The position numbers and the translations under genes were made by a program. Below, in pieces: positions 1-9,009 of a DNA stretch of 39,514 nt. The stretch's first letter is position 1. Each line of letters opens with the position of its first letter. The stretch covers positions 1 to 39,514 of the forward strand of contig JAMOTN010000035.1 in the NCBI GenBank assembly GCA_027062325.1. Reading direction: 5' to 3'. The notes under the pieces are model-generated. The model saw only the letters and a program-made list of their open reading frames with translations, searched no databases and was not told the DNA's origin. The stretch is from a bacterium (GTDB lineage: Bacteria; JAMOTN01).

Positions 1-2
1 TA

Positions 3-866
3 GATGAGAGATTTGCAGTAGAAAGGAACAGAGATGTTGTGGAAAGAGTGTGGAAGGTTGAGGTTGCTCCGTTTAAGGGAAAAGGAGCGCTTTATAAGTG
101 GTTGGATCAGGCAAAGAAAAAGTGGCTAAATTTGACTAAGACGGAATTGGAGATAAGCTCCTTGACAGCTTCGGATTTATTGGAGTTGGTTATAAATAAG
201 AAGGAAGGAGATTGGTTTTACTATACTTACGATGGGGTTTACTATGCTGCAAGAGTAAAGGCAGTTAACGATTACTATAAGCAAGTTAAGGTGCGAGTTT
301 ACGATTTAAAGCGCTGGAATAGTTGGAAGAAAAGTTTGGTAAAAAAGTACGGTGTTAAGGTAAATCCAGGATTTTACACAGATTTTGGAGATTTAAAGGT
401 TGGTTGGGTTAATGGAAAATTGGTTACGGTGTCTCAAGATTTGAAGGCTGTTTTGGCTGTTTTTAAAAAGGATACATTGAAAGGATGGGCAGCAGCTTAC
501 CTTTTCAGGGAAGCGTTATTTGAGGAATATTCTGATAGATTGAAGGGGATAAGAAGCATAGCAGATGTTTTAGCATTGGCTTATTACACAGCTTTGAAGG
601 TTGACAAAACTACTGCCACTGTTGACAGCGGCTTCTACATTCCAACATTGATTGAAAGAAAGAGAGCTGGATTGGTGATCTCAAATTACAAGTATTCTGG
701 AGTGGAGAGATTGAAGTTAAAAGGTTATTTACCAGTTAAGCGTTTGGCGTTTGATGCGAATGAATCCTTTAGCTTTGACTGGGCTCAGTCTGGTAGTTGG
801 GTTGCCGCTTTGCTTTCAGGTTATAAGGAGATTAAGAAAAAACTTATTAAAAAGTGGGGAGTATAG
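3..866 (+). CDS. Hypothetical protein, probably 5'-truncated by the window edge
   Basis: The frame is open from position 3 (DERFAVERNRDV...) through the ORF-track start at 39. No recognisable motif. The stop is followed 2 nt later by the mazG ATG. Confidence 0.7.
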   Translation, partial: DERFAVERNRDVVERVWKVEVAPFKGKGALYKWLDQAKKKWLNLTKTELEISSLTASDLLELVINKKEGDWFYYTYDGVYYAARVKAVNDYYKQVKVRVYDLKRWNSWKKSLVKKYGVKVNPGFYTDFGDLKVGWVNGKLVTVSQDLKAVLAVFKKDTLKGWAAAYLFREALFEEYSDRLKGIRSIADVLALAYYTALKVDKTTATVDSGFYIPTLIERKRAGLVISNYKYSGVERLKLKGYLPVKRLAFDANESFSFDWAQSGSWVAALLSGYKEIKKKLIKKWGV

Positions 867-868
867 AT

Positions 869-1765
869 ATGGATAAGTGGTGTGATATTGAGCTTTATAG
901 AAAAATTGTTGAATCCCATTCAGAATGGGGAGCAGATATTGAATTAGGTGCTTTAAATAAATTATCTGAAATTTTCTCACTATTGTATGGAGTAGTTAAG
1001 ATTTTAAGAGCTCCCAAAGGATGTCCATGGGACAGATCACATGGTTCTCTAGAGTTTATAAAAGATGTTTTGGAAGAGGTAAGTGAATTGGCGGACACGC
1101 TTTATAAGTTAAAAAGTGGGAGGGCTAAGTTAAATGAGTTAGAAGAGGAAATTGGGGATATATTCTTAGTTTTATTCATGTTGATCTCGGCTCTTGAGGA
1201 TGAGGAAAATTTTGATTTGCTCAAAAGTATTTTGTGTGTTTTAAAAAAGATTGTTTATAGGCATCCTCATGTTTTTGGTGAAAAGATTAGTGAATTTGAG
1301 TTGCAAAATAGGAGGGGAGATGAGGTAAAAAGTGAAAAAGATGTTTTGAAGCGTTGGGAGGACTTGAAAGATAAGGAAAAGGGGAAGCATTATTGGTTGA
1401 AGTACTTAGAGTTGGCATCACCTATGTTTGCAGCTTATAAGCTTCAGAAAAGGGCAGCGAGAAAGGGATTTGATTGGGATAATCCGCGAGATGTTCTTGA
1501 TAAGATAAAAGAAGAGATAACAGAGTTAGAGGAAGAAATTAATAGGAAGGATAAGCAGCTTGATAAAGTTTCGGCAGAGATAGGAGATTTGTTGTTTGCA
1601 GTTGTGAACCTTGCTCGGCATCTAGATGTAGATCCTCTCTATGCTTTGGGAAAAACAAATAAAAAATTTGCAAGGAGATGGAAATATGTCGAAGATAACA
1701 TGCCTGATGGGGCAAGTTTAGATGAGATGGAGACACTGTGGCAGGAGGCAAAGAAGTTTGAGTAA
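869..1765 (+). CDS. mazG: MazG family nucleoside triphosphate pyrophosphohydrolase (two MazG domains)
   Basis: Motifs LRAPKGCPWDR, EEVSEL, EEIGD, RHPHVFG, KLQKRAARKGFDW and EIGDLLFAVVNLAR. ATG at 869 follows GGGGAG; the ORF track starts at GTG 854. Confidence 0.93.
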   Translation: MDKWCDIELYRKIVESHSEWGADIELGALNKLSEIFSLLYGVVKILRAPKGCPWDRSHGSLEFIKDVLEEVSELADTLYKLKSGRAKLNELEEEIGDIFLVLFMLISALEDEENFDLLKSILCVLKKIVYRHPHVFGEKISEFELQNRRGDEVKSEKDVLKRWEDLKDKEKGKHYWLKYLELASPMFAAYKLQKRAARKGFDWDNPRDVLDKIKEEITELEEEINRKDKQLDKVSAEIGDLLFAVVNLARHLDVDPLYALGKTNKKFARRWKYVEDNMPDGASLDEMETLWQEAKKFE

Positions 1766-1818
1766 TTTTAGTTAGATTTCGGGTTTATCTAGGTAATTTT
1801 GAAAGGGAGGGATTTTTT

Positions 1819-2388
1819 ATGGCAAAAATTTCACCAAATGAGTTTAGAACTGGTGTCAAGATCATCTACAAAGGAGATTTATGGGAAGTAGTGAATTTTC
1901 AAGCGGTTCATCGCGGAAGGGGAAGCGCTTTTGTAAGAACTAAACTCAGAAACTTAAAGAACGGAAATGTTATAGAGGTAAGTTTTTCTCCGGAAGAACA
2001 GCTTGAGTATCCTGAAATAGAGATGAGAAATATGGTTTACCTTTACAATCAGGGAGATAGTTATGTATTCATGGATAACGAATCTTACGAGCAATATGAG
2101 TTGCCTTCTGACATAGTTGGAGACAATGCCAAGTATCTTAAAGAAGATTTGGAAGTTGCTGTTTTGATGAGCAATGGTGAGATAATTGCTGTAGAGTTGC
2201 CCAAAACAGTTGAGCTTGAAGTTGTTGATACTCCTCCGGGCGTTAAGGGAGACACAGTTTCTGGTGGTGGAAAGCCAGCCACATTGGAGACTGGTTTAAC
2301 TGTTACAGTGCCGTTTTTCATAAATAAGGGAGATATTATAAAGGTTGACACTCGCACTGGCGAGTATGTAGAAAGAGTCAACAAGTAG
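1819..2388 (+). CDS. efp: Translation elongation factor P
   Basis: AFVRTKLRNL, FMDNESYEQ, PGVKGDT and KPATLETG...VPFFI...IKVDTRTGEYVER. GGGAGG RBS upstream. Confidence 0.98.
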   Translation: MAKISPNEFRTGVKIIYKGDLWEVVNFQAVHRGRGSAFVRTKLRNLKNGNVIEVSFSPEEQLEYPEIEMRNMVYLYNQGDSYVFMDNESYEQYELPSDIVGDNAKYLKEDLEVAVLMSNGEIIAVELPKTVELEVVDTPPGVKGDTVSGGGKPATLETGLTVTVPFFINKGDIIKVDTRTGEYVERVNK

Positions 2389-2403
2389 TGGGGAGGTAGA
2401 TTA

Positions 2404-3141
2404 ATGAGTATGGATAAGATCATTCCTCCCCATATTAGGGCTATTTTAGAGGAGATAGAAAAGTTGAAAAAGGTTGAAGAGAGGGCGAGGTTGAAGCGTC
2501 AGGTTTTGGAAAGGAAGTTGGCAGAACTTGGTTACAAAGTGTCTGCTTCAGATGAAAAAGTGTCTGCCGTTTCTCAATCTTTAAAAGTGACTGAAAAGGA
2601 AGAGCAAGCTGCTACTTCTGTGGGTTCACTTACGCCTCGTAAATCAGATGATGGGGTGCCGCCTACTGAAAATGTTGGTTTTGTTCCAAAAGCTACGGAA
2701 GAACAGGCTAAAAAGTTTACTCAAGAACTTAAGATAACTGCTGAGGATAAAAAAAGGGCAAAACAACGATTTATAGAAAGGAAACAGGCTGAATTTGAGG
2801 AGATGAAGCAAGAGGCAGAAGCTCAAATTGAATTTGCCAAGAAGATATTTTTACCAGCTCTAGTCATTGCGATAGTGTTCCCCATTGTTCAAATATTTGT
2901 TGAAGTGCTTATAACAAAGATTTTGCTATGGGTGGGGGCAGTCATAGCTGTTATACTTGCTTTTATATTTGGGAAGGTTATTTATGAAAATGATTTAAAA
3001 ATTGCCAGGGGAGCTTTGTTTGAATTCGATGGAGAGCAGATATTTTTTGCGTATAATTGGACCAAAGATCCGGTAAGGAGAGTTTTTTTGCGGGTTGCAA
3101 GTTATTTTAATCCGGAAGTGAAAAGGGTCGTGAAATTTTAG
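2404..3141 (+). CDS. Hypothetical membrane protein (N-terminal coiled coil, two C-terminal TM helices)
   Basis: GGGAGG RBS. Charged helical N-terminus and two hydrophobic stretches (IFLPALVIAIVFPIV; ILLWVGAVIAVILAFIFG). Confidence 0.75.
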   Translation: MSMDKIIPPHIRAILEEIEKLKKVEERARLKRQVLERKLAELGYKVSASDEKVSAVSQSLKVTEKEEQAATSVGSLTPRKSDDGVPPTENVGFVPKATEEQAKKFTQELKITAEDKKRAKQRFIERKQAEFEEMKQEAEAQIEFAKKIFLPALVIAIVFPIVQIFVEVLITKILLWVGAVIAVILAFIFGKVIYENDLKIARGALFEFDGEQIFFAYNWTKDPVRRVFLRVASYFNPEVKRVVKF

Positions 3142-3173
3142 AAATTTTGTGGTGTTTCAGGAGGTAAAGTTTT

Positions 3174-4397
3174 GTGCTGGAGTTTGAGAAAAAGGTTTTA
3201 GGTGTGAGAGAACTTGTGTTTTTGATAATGCGGCATTTGAAGAGTAATCCTGCATTACACGACATATGGATAAAAGGAGAGGTCAGAGATTTGAGTTTTA
3301 GTAAGAGTGGAAATTACTTCTTCTCACTTGCTGAAAACTTTGGAGGGTATCGTTATCAGATAAATTGTACTATGTATAAAGAGTATGCCGAAAAATATGC
3401 GAAACTTTTGGAAGAGGGAAGTGTGGTTGAGTGTTATGGCTACACAGGATTTTACCCGGCAGGGGGACAGCTTGCTTTTTACGTGGAAAAAATTGAAAAG
3501 AGGGACGAAAAGGGCTATTACTGGGAGGAGTTTAAAAGAATTTACGAGAAGTTGGAAGGGGAGGGGTTATTTTCAGAGGAATTCAAAAAGCCAATACCAG
3601 AGTGGGTTAAGAGAGTTGGGATAGTTACCTCTAAGGATTCAGCTGCAATAAGAGATGTGTTGAAAATTTTGAAGAAGAAGATGCCGATGGAGATATACGT
3701 TTACCATTCTCTTGTTCAAGGGGATATGGCTGTTGACAACATAATAAGAGGTATAGATTGGCTTGAAAAGTTTGGAGTTGATTTAATAGTTGTGACGCGA
3801 GGCGGCGGAGCTTATGATGAGTTATCGGTATTTAACTCAGAAAAGTTGGCACGTCGTATATTTGAGTGTAGAATTCCTGTAATATCTGCAATTGGGCACG
3901 AAAAAGATTTCTTGATTTCTGATTACGTTGCGGATAAGAGAGAGCCTACTCCGACAGCTGCTGCAGTGAGCATAGGTAAGTTCAGGGAAGATGTGGAGTT
4001 GGAATTAGAGCGTTGCAAAGAGGCAATTTTGGGACGTGTGAGGCAGTTTAGGGAACTTTACGATAAGATAGATGCGTGGGTTAAACTAATAAAAAGAGAA
4101 TGCGAGATGAGGTTTGCAAATACTGAAGTAGAACTTGAGAGAATAAAAGAGAAGATGTTAACGAATGCCAGAGATGTATTGAACAAATTACGGCTGGATT
4201 TAGAGAGTGCTTACTCTGTTATTGCACAAAAGGATTATAGAGAGTTTCTAAAGGCAGGATTTGCAGTGGTTAAAAAAGGTTTATTTAACGTAAAGAGTGT
4301 AAAGCAGCTAAAAAAGAAAGATTTGATCACACTTGTTATGTCGGATGGAAGTGCTGTAGCGGAGGTAAAAAGTGTAAAAGTTGATAAGGAGGTGTGA
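3174..4397 (+). CDS. xseA: Exodeoxyribonuclease VII large subunit
   Basis: WIKGEV OB-fold, GIVTSKDSAAIRD, VQGD, RGGG, ISAIGHEKD and PTPTAAA motifs. AGGAGG RBS before the GTG. Confidence 0.95.
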   Translation: MLEFEKKVLGVRELVFLIMRHLKSNPALHDIWIKGEVRDLSFSKSGNYFFSLAENFGGYRYQINCTMYKEYAEKYAKLLEEGSVVECYGYTGFYPAGGQLAFYVEKIEKRDEKGYYWEEFKRIYEKLEGEGLFSEEFKKPIPEWVKRVGIVTSKDSAAIRDVLKILKKKMPMEIYVYHSLVQGDMAVDNIIRGIDWLEKFGVDLIVVTRGGGAYDELSVFNSEKLARRIFECRIPVISAIGHEKDFLISDYVADKREPTPTAAAVSIGKFREDVELELERCKEAILGRVRQFRELYDKIDAWVKLIKRECEMRFANTEVELERIKEKMLTNARDVLNKLRLDLESAYSVIAQKDYREFLKAGFAVVKKGLFNVKSVKQLKKKDLITLVMSDGSAVAEVKSVKVDKEV

Positions 4398-4400
4398 CTC

Positions 4401-4538
4401 ATGCGTGTGAGGAGAAGAAGAAATGCGCAGACAGTTGTTGATTGGTTGGCGGCTTTTGGAATACTGGGAGCTTTGTTGGTAGCTGTTATCATAATGACGG
4501 GTATTGATTGGGCTACACTCAAGGCTTGGTTGATGTAG
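4401..4538 (+). CDS. Small (45 aa) membrane protein, Flp/class III pilin-like
   Basis: Translated by hand: MRVRRRRNAQTVVDWLAAFGILGALLVAVIIMTGIDWATLKAWLM*. Strong RBS AAGGAGGTG at 4386-4394. It fills the gap between xseA and the ACT gene and is below the ORF-track length cutoff. Confidence 0.7.
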   Translation: MRVRRRRNAQTVVDWLAAFGILGALLVAVIIMTGIDWATLKAWLM

Positions 4539-4590
4539 GTTGCATATTTAAGAAGAGAATATTTCAATTTTGATATGGGGAGTGAAAGTG

Positions 4591-4857
4591 ATGCGCTTTG
4601 TGTTAACAGCAGTTGGGGTTAACAAGCCGGGAGTATTGGCCCAAATTACCCGGCGTCTTGCAGAGAAGGGAGCAAATATTTTGGATATATCTCAAAAAAT
4701 TTTATCTGATGTTTACGCGCTTTTTCTCATAGCCGAGTTGGAGGACAGTGGGAATTTTAAGGAGTTAAAAGAGGATATAGAAGCTATGAGTGAGAGATTA
4801 GGAGCTAAGATTGTTTTATTTGAGGAGAGTTTACTTCGCTACATGCACAGAATTTAG
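4591..4857 (+). CDS. ACT domain protein (UPF0237-like)
   Basis: LTAVGVNKPGVLAQIT...GANILDISQ...MHRI C-terminus. Usual partner of DUF711. ATG at 4591 after GGGGAG. Confidence 0.9.
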   Translation: MRFVLTAVGVNKPGVLAQITRRLAEKGANILDISQKILSDVYALFLIAELEDSGNFKELKEDIEAMSERLGAKIVLFEESLLRYMHRI

Positions 4858-4879
4858 AAGTTTTAAGGAGGGCCTGCGT

Positions 4880-6247
4880 ATGAACTTTCAGCTTTATGAA
4901 GCTATAGAAACGGTTGCAATGGTTGAGCTGGAGAAGCTTGACATAAGAACGGTTACTCTTGGAGTGAGTTTGCTGGATTTGCTCACCGATGACTTTGTAG
5001 AGTTCAAAAAAAGGGTAGCGGATAGAGTATATACAGAGGCTTCAAGACTTGTTAAAGTTGCGAGAGAAGTAGAGGATAGGTACGCGATTCCAATAGTAAA
5101 CAAGAGGATATCTATAACCCCTATATCGTTAGTGTTCAAGAAAAATTTTGATTTGCTTGAGCTTGCTAAAGCTATAGATGGAGCGGTAAAAGAGGCAGGT
5201 GTTGATTTCATAGGAGGTTTTTCGGTCCTGGCAGAGCGTGGCTACAGAGAAGTTGATGAGCTGGTAGTTAAGAATTTACCGTTGGTGTTTGCTGAGACTG
5301 AGAGAGTTTGCGGAAGTATTGCAGCAGGATCTACTAAGCATGGTCTTAACATGAAGGCAGTGCTGGATTCGGCTCGGATTATGAAGCAAAGTGCGTATTT
5401 AACGCGAGATAGAGATAGCATAGGGGCTGCAAAATTTGTGGTGTTTTCCAACGCAGTTGAAGATAATCCATTTATGGCAGGGGCTTTTTTAGGGATGAAT
5501 CAGTACGATAGGATGTTGAGTGTTGGAATTTCTGGCCCGGGAGTTGTTAAAACTGCGATAGAGGTGTTTGGGAAAGATTTAAAATTGAATGAGTTGGCTG
5601 AGCTTATAAAGAGATTAGCTTTTAAAATAACGCGTGCAGGTGCTTTGATAGGTAGGGAAGTTGCTAATGCATTGGGGGTTCCGTTTGGAATAGTGGATCT
5701 TTCTTTGGCTCCTACTCCTGCTGTTGGAGACAGTGTGGCAGAAATTATTGAAGCCATGGGAATAGAGAGGGTTGGATATCCAGGAACTACTGCTGCACTT
5801 GCAATGTTGACGGATGCAGTTAAAAAAGGTGGAGTTATGGCAGTTGATTCTGTTGGTGGTTTAAGTGGAGCATTTATTCCTGTTAGTGAAGATGCGGGAA
5901 TGATAGATGCAGCTATTAAGGGAGATTTGATAGTGGAAAAACTTGAAGCTATGACGGCTGTTTGCTCTGTTGGATTGGATATGGTTGTGGTTCCCGGAAA
6001 TATAAGTGATGAATTGCTGGCGGGTTTAATAGCTGATGAGTTAATGATAGGAGTTGTAAATGCCAAGACTACTGCTTGTAGAATAATACCAGCTTATGGG
6101 AAAAAAAGCGGTGATTTTGTTAGATTTGGAGGATTGCTTGGGGAAAGTGTTGTTATGTCTGTAAGGGGAGTTGAAAAGGGTGCTGGATGTGATTTTGTGA
6201 AAAGGGGTGGTTTTGTACCGGCTCCTATAACGTCATTTAGAAATTAG
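4880..6247 (+). CDS. PFL-like / DUF711 (UPF0210) family protein
   Basis: LDIRTVTLGVSLLD, IPIVNKRISITPI, DNPFMAGAF, GIVDLSLAPT and KLEAMTAVCSVGLDM. ATG at 4880 after AAGGAGG. Confidence 0.93.
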   Translation: MNFQLYEAIETVAMVELEKLDIRTVTLGVSLLDLLTDDFVEFKKRVADRVYTEASRLVKVAREVEDRYAIPIVNKRISITPISLVFKKNFDLLELAKAIDGAVKEAGVDFIGGFSVLAERGYREVDELVVKNLPLVFAETERVCGSIAAGSTKHGLNMKAVLDSARIMKQSAYLTRDRDSIGAAKFVVFSNAVEDNPFMAGAFLGMNQYDRMLSVGISGPGVVKTAIEVFGKDLKLNELAELIKRLAFKITRAGALIGREVANALGVPFGIVDLSLAPTPAVGDSVAEIIEAMGIERVGYPGTTAALAMLTDAVKKGGVMAVDSVGGLSGAFIPVSEDAGMIDAAIKGDLIVEKLEAMTAVCSVGLDMVVVPGNISDELLAGLIADELMIGVVNAKTTACRIIPAYGKKSGDFVRFGGLLGESVVMSVRGVEKGAGCDFVKRGGFVPAPITSFRN

Positions 6248-6265
6248 AATTATAGGGGGCTTGAT

Positions 6266-7411
6266 GTGTCCGTAAGTGATTTGTTTTCTAAAATTGCGAA
6301 TTTTATTAAAAATTTAATAGATAGGAATAAAATTAATAAAGATAAAGTAGGTGCTGGTTTAGAGAAAGACTTAAACTCTGCTGGAGAGGTAACTGATTAT
6401 TCTAATAATGCTTTGAGGCTTTACGAAAATAATAATTTTAGCGTGACACAAGTGACAAAGATTTATTCCGATGATATCGTCAAGCTTTTGCCTGAAGAGT
6501 ACCGCACTACAAAGAGCTGCACGAATTTAGTAACTTTTGTTTCCGCTTTTTCAGAATACAAGTCTCAGTTTTGTATGCCTGGAGCGCATCTTTTGGATTT
6601 TAATGATCAATCAGAAATAAATTGTGATCTTGTCTCGAATGTGATTTTGGATATTGGAAGTGGTAATGGAGTTCAAGGATATTTGTTGCAGAAAATGGGA
6701 TGGAAAGTTGTCGGCTTGGAGCCAAATATTGATAAAAAACCGCTTATCAAAACTGTTCGCGGAGCTTACATTAAAGGGAAAAAATTGCCTTTTAAGGATA
6801 GAAGCTTTGATTTAGTAGTTTCAAATGCGACAGTGCATCTTTTAGATTTTGAGGTTGTGGGAGAGATTGAGCGAGTATTAAAGCCACATGGTAGTTACAT
6901 AGGAGCAGAAATATTCGGTAGAGTAGATGAAAAGGTGAAGGATTTAAATCCACTGTTTAAATTTATTAGACCATTTGATGAATGGGCGGCTTGGTTTGCC
7001 AAGTATTTTAAAATAATGAAGGTGCACCAGACTTATATTATTGAGGATTTTCCGGGAAATTCAGATGTTTTTATAATGGTATTTGAATTGAAAAAAAAGA
7101 GTCTTGCGTATGAGATAGAGGTTGTATGTCCTGTTTGTTCTAAAAGACACAGCCTTTTTTACTCGCCATTTGTGGATCTTGAAGAGGATAATATTGCTGT
7201 GATGCGTCTTTTTAAGGACTATATGTTGATGTATTGTGATTGTGGTGAATTGCTCTCACCTGATCATTGTGTTGATGAGAAATTATTTTTGAAATGGGTG
7301 ATTTCTGCTGGCAAGTTGTATGGCAATTTTGAACAGCCGGGAATTGAGAAGTTGGAGTTGAGAGAATTGGCAATGGTTTTGCATAATTTTATAAATTCTA
7401 GATTTGGCTAG
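6266..7411 (+). CDS. Class I SAM-dependent methyltransferase with C-terminal CpXC-like Zn-binding domain
   Basis: ILDIGSGNG (motif I), LPFKDRSFDLVVS and EIERVLKPHG. C-terminal CPVC...CDC. Confidence 0.8.
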   Translation: MSVSDLFSKIANFIKNLIDRNKINKDKVGAGLEKDLNSAGEVTDYSNNALRLYENNNFSVTQVTKIYSDDIVKLLPEEYRTTKSCTNLVTFVSAFSEYKSQFCMPGAHLLDFNDQSEINCDLVSNVILDIGSGNGVQGYLLQKMGWKVVGLEPNIDKKPLIKTVRGAYIKGKKLPFKDRSFDLVVSNATVHLLDFEVVGEIERVLKPHGSYIGAEIFGRVDEKVKDLNPLFKFIRPFDEWAAWFAKYFKIMKVHQTYIIEDFPGNSDVFIMVFELKKKSLAYEIEVVCPVCSKRHSLFYSPFVDLEEDNIAVMRLFKDYMLMYCDCGELLSPDHCVDEKLFLKWVISAGKLYGNFEQPGIEKLELRELAMVLHNFINSRFG

Positions 7412-7431
7412 TTTTTCAAGGGGGATGAGAA

Positions 7432-9009
7432 TTGAGAGTTTTAATTGCGTTAATGTTGGCTTTGATTCTTGCGGTGATGTTATCGGGGAAAGCGAAGCCG
7501 GAGCTTGTTGATACTGCCTCTATTCTTGTTGAGCCTTATCTTTCAAAGATCACTCAAGTTCAGAGGCTACTTTACGAGAATAACTCTGTTAAGTTGGATA
7601 TATATGTTGAAAGCGACAGGTTTTCTTCGTGGAATAGCAGTCCCTTAAAGTGGCGAAATGTTAAAGTATTTCTTGAATTTACAGGTTTAAACGGTGTTTT
7701 AAAGGTTGTTGTATCGCCGGATATTGATCCGATAGTTAGGGATCAATTGAGAGAATTCGTAGATAACATATCTTATGAAGTTGCATTGGCTTCTAAGTTG
7801 TGTACTAGTGAAGTTGGTTATAAAAAGTTTAAAAATAGGGTGAGCGCTTCTATTTACAAATTAGCTTTGTTTTTCTTATCAAAACTGAAGAAGCTAGAGT
7901 ATGCACCGCGTACTTCACCTCGCTCATTTGTTATAGGAGTTGCTTTGACGATTATGGTAACGGCTTTTGTATTGGGATGGATTGTTTATTCATTTTTAGG
8001 TCCATTTTGTCCTATGTGTGGTGAGAAATTGAAGGAAGAGCTGCTTGTCGGAGGGAAGATGAAAAAAATAATGTGTGAGAACTGTGGTTGGTTTGAGATA
8101 GTGGATGTTGTGGAGAGAAGGCAGAGAATGAGGGATTTGAAGAGAAAGTTCAAGAAATTCTTTAAGAGGTTGACTCAAAAAAGAGTTAGGCTACTGGTAA
8201 TTGTTCTGGCAATAATGTTTGGATTTAGAGTATTTTCAGTTTCCCAAGTGGTGAGTTGGGATGGAAATCTTGTTTGGATGGATGGGATACAGTTAAAGAT
8301 TATGGATAGAGGAGGCTATGTTTCAACTTTGCAGTTGGAGATGGAGCCTGCTGGTATTGTGGGAAGAGATTTTCTTTACGTGTTTTACCCTGAACTTGGT
8401 AAGTACTGTTTGTACTACACTAATTTACGTTCAACATGTGTTTATGTGGATAGATTGTCCAAGCTTGTTGAGATTCCGTGGTTGTGGTATGTGGATCAAA
8501 AGGGAGTTGTTTACTTTTATGATGCAGATAATGAGGAGGTCGTTGCGGTTGATAGTGGATTAGGATTGACTTATAAAGTTTTTGAGTTGAGGTATTCTCT
8601 TGCAAAAAAGATAAGGAAAATATTTACTTTTGATGGGAGAGTTTTGGGAGTAGAATACACAAAAAATGGTTCGGTTATTTGGGATTTGGGAAGAGGGAAA
8701 CAGCTGAGTTGGATAAAAAAATGGCATGTTGCCCAAATTATCAGTGAGGTTGAGTTGAAGTTACTCGATGTAGATACTTACAAAGAAAGTGTGGCTTTGT
8801 TGATTAAGAGTTTATCTTCAGGAGATGAATTTGTTTATGTGGTGGGACGTGTTTGCAAAGAACTTTTGTCTTCAAGTGAAGTGATGTTTTACAAGTTAAA
8901 TGGTAGAGATTTTTCTCAAGTTAGGTTTGCGGTGAAAAATGGGCAGATTGATGGACTATGGTTGATTGGTGATGAATATCAAGAGAGCGTTTTTAAGTTG
9001 ATAAAGTAG
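7432..9009 (+). CDS. Hypothetical multi-part membrane protein (signal peptide, TM helix, Zn ribbon, second signal-like segment, beta-rich C-terminal half)
   Basis: N-terminal hydrophobic signal, TM segment FVIGVALTIMVTAFVLGWIVY, CPMC...CENC, then a basic plus hydrophobic segment and a beta-strand-rich region. Confidence 0.65.
   Translation: MRVLIALMLALILAVMLSGKAKPELVDTASILVEPYLSKITQVQRLLYENNSVKLDIYVESDRFSSWNSSPLKWRNVKVFLEFTGLNGVLKVVVSPDIDPIVRDQLREFVDNISYEVALASKLCTSEVGYKKFKNRVSASIYKLALFFLSKLKKLEYAPRTSPRSFVIGVALTIMVTAFVLGWIVYSFLGPFCPMCGEKLKEELLVGGKMKKIMCENCGWFEIVDVVERRQRMRDLKRKFKKFFKRLTQKRVRLLVIVLAIMFGFRVFSVSQVVSWDGNLVWMDGIQLKIMDRGGYVSTLQLEMEPAGIVGRDFLYVFYPELGKYCLYYTNLRSTCVYVDRLSKLVEIPWLWYVDQKGVVYFYDADNEEVVAVDSGLGLTYKVFELRYSLAKKIRKIFTFDGRVLGVEYTKNGSVIWDLGRGKQLSWIKKWHVAQIISEVELKLLDVDTYKESVALLIKSLSSGDEFVYVVGRVCKELLSSSEVMFYKLNGRDFSQVRFAVKNGQIDGLWLIGDEYQESVFKLIK

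Noticed and set aside
4235-4567. 110-aa minus-strand ORF with a hydrophobic stretch
   Set aside because: It is the antisense shadow of the xseA end and the 45-aa + strand ORF, which has the strong RBS and fits the operon.
4894-6066. Minus-strand ORFs of 105, 69 and 188 aa
   Set aside because: They are antisense to the well-conserved DUF711 gene and have the S/T/I-rich composition typical of shadow frames.
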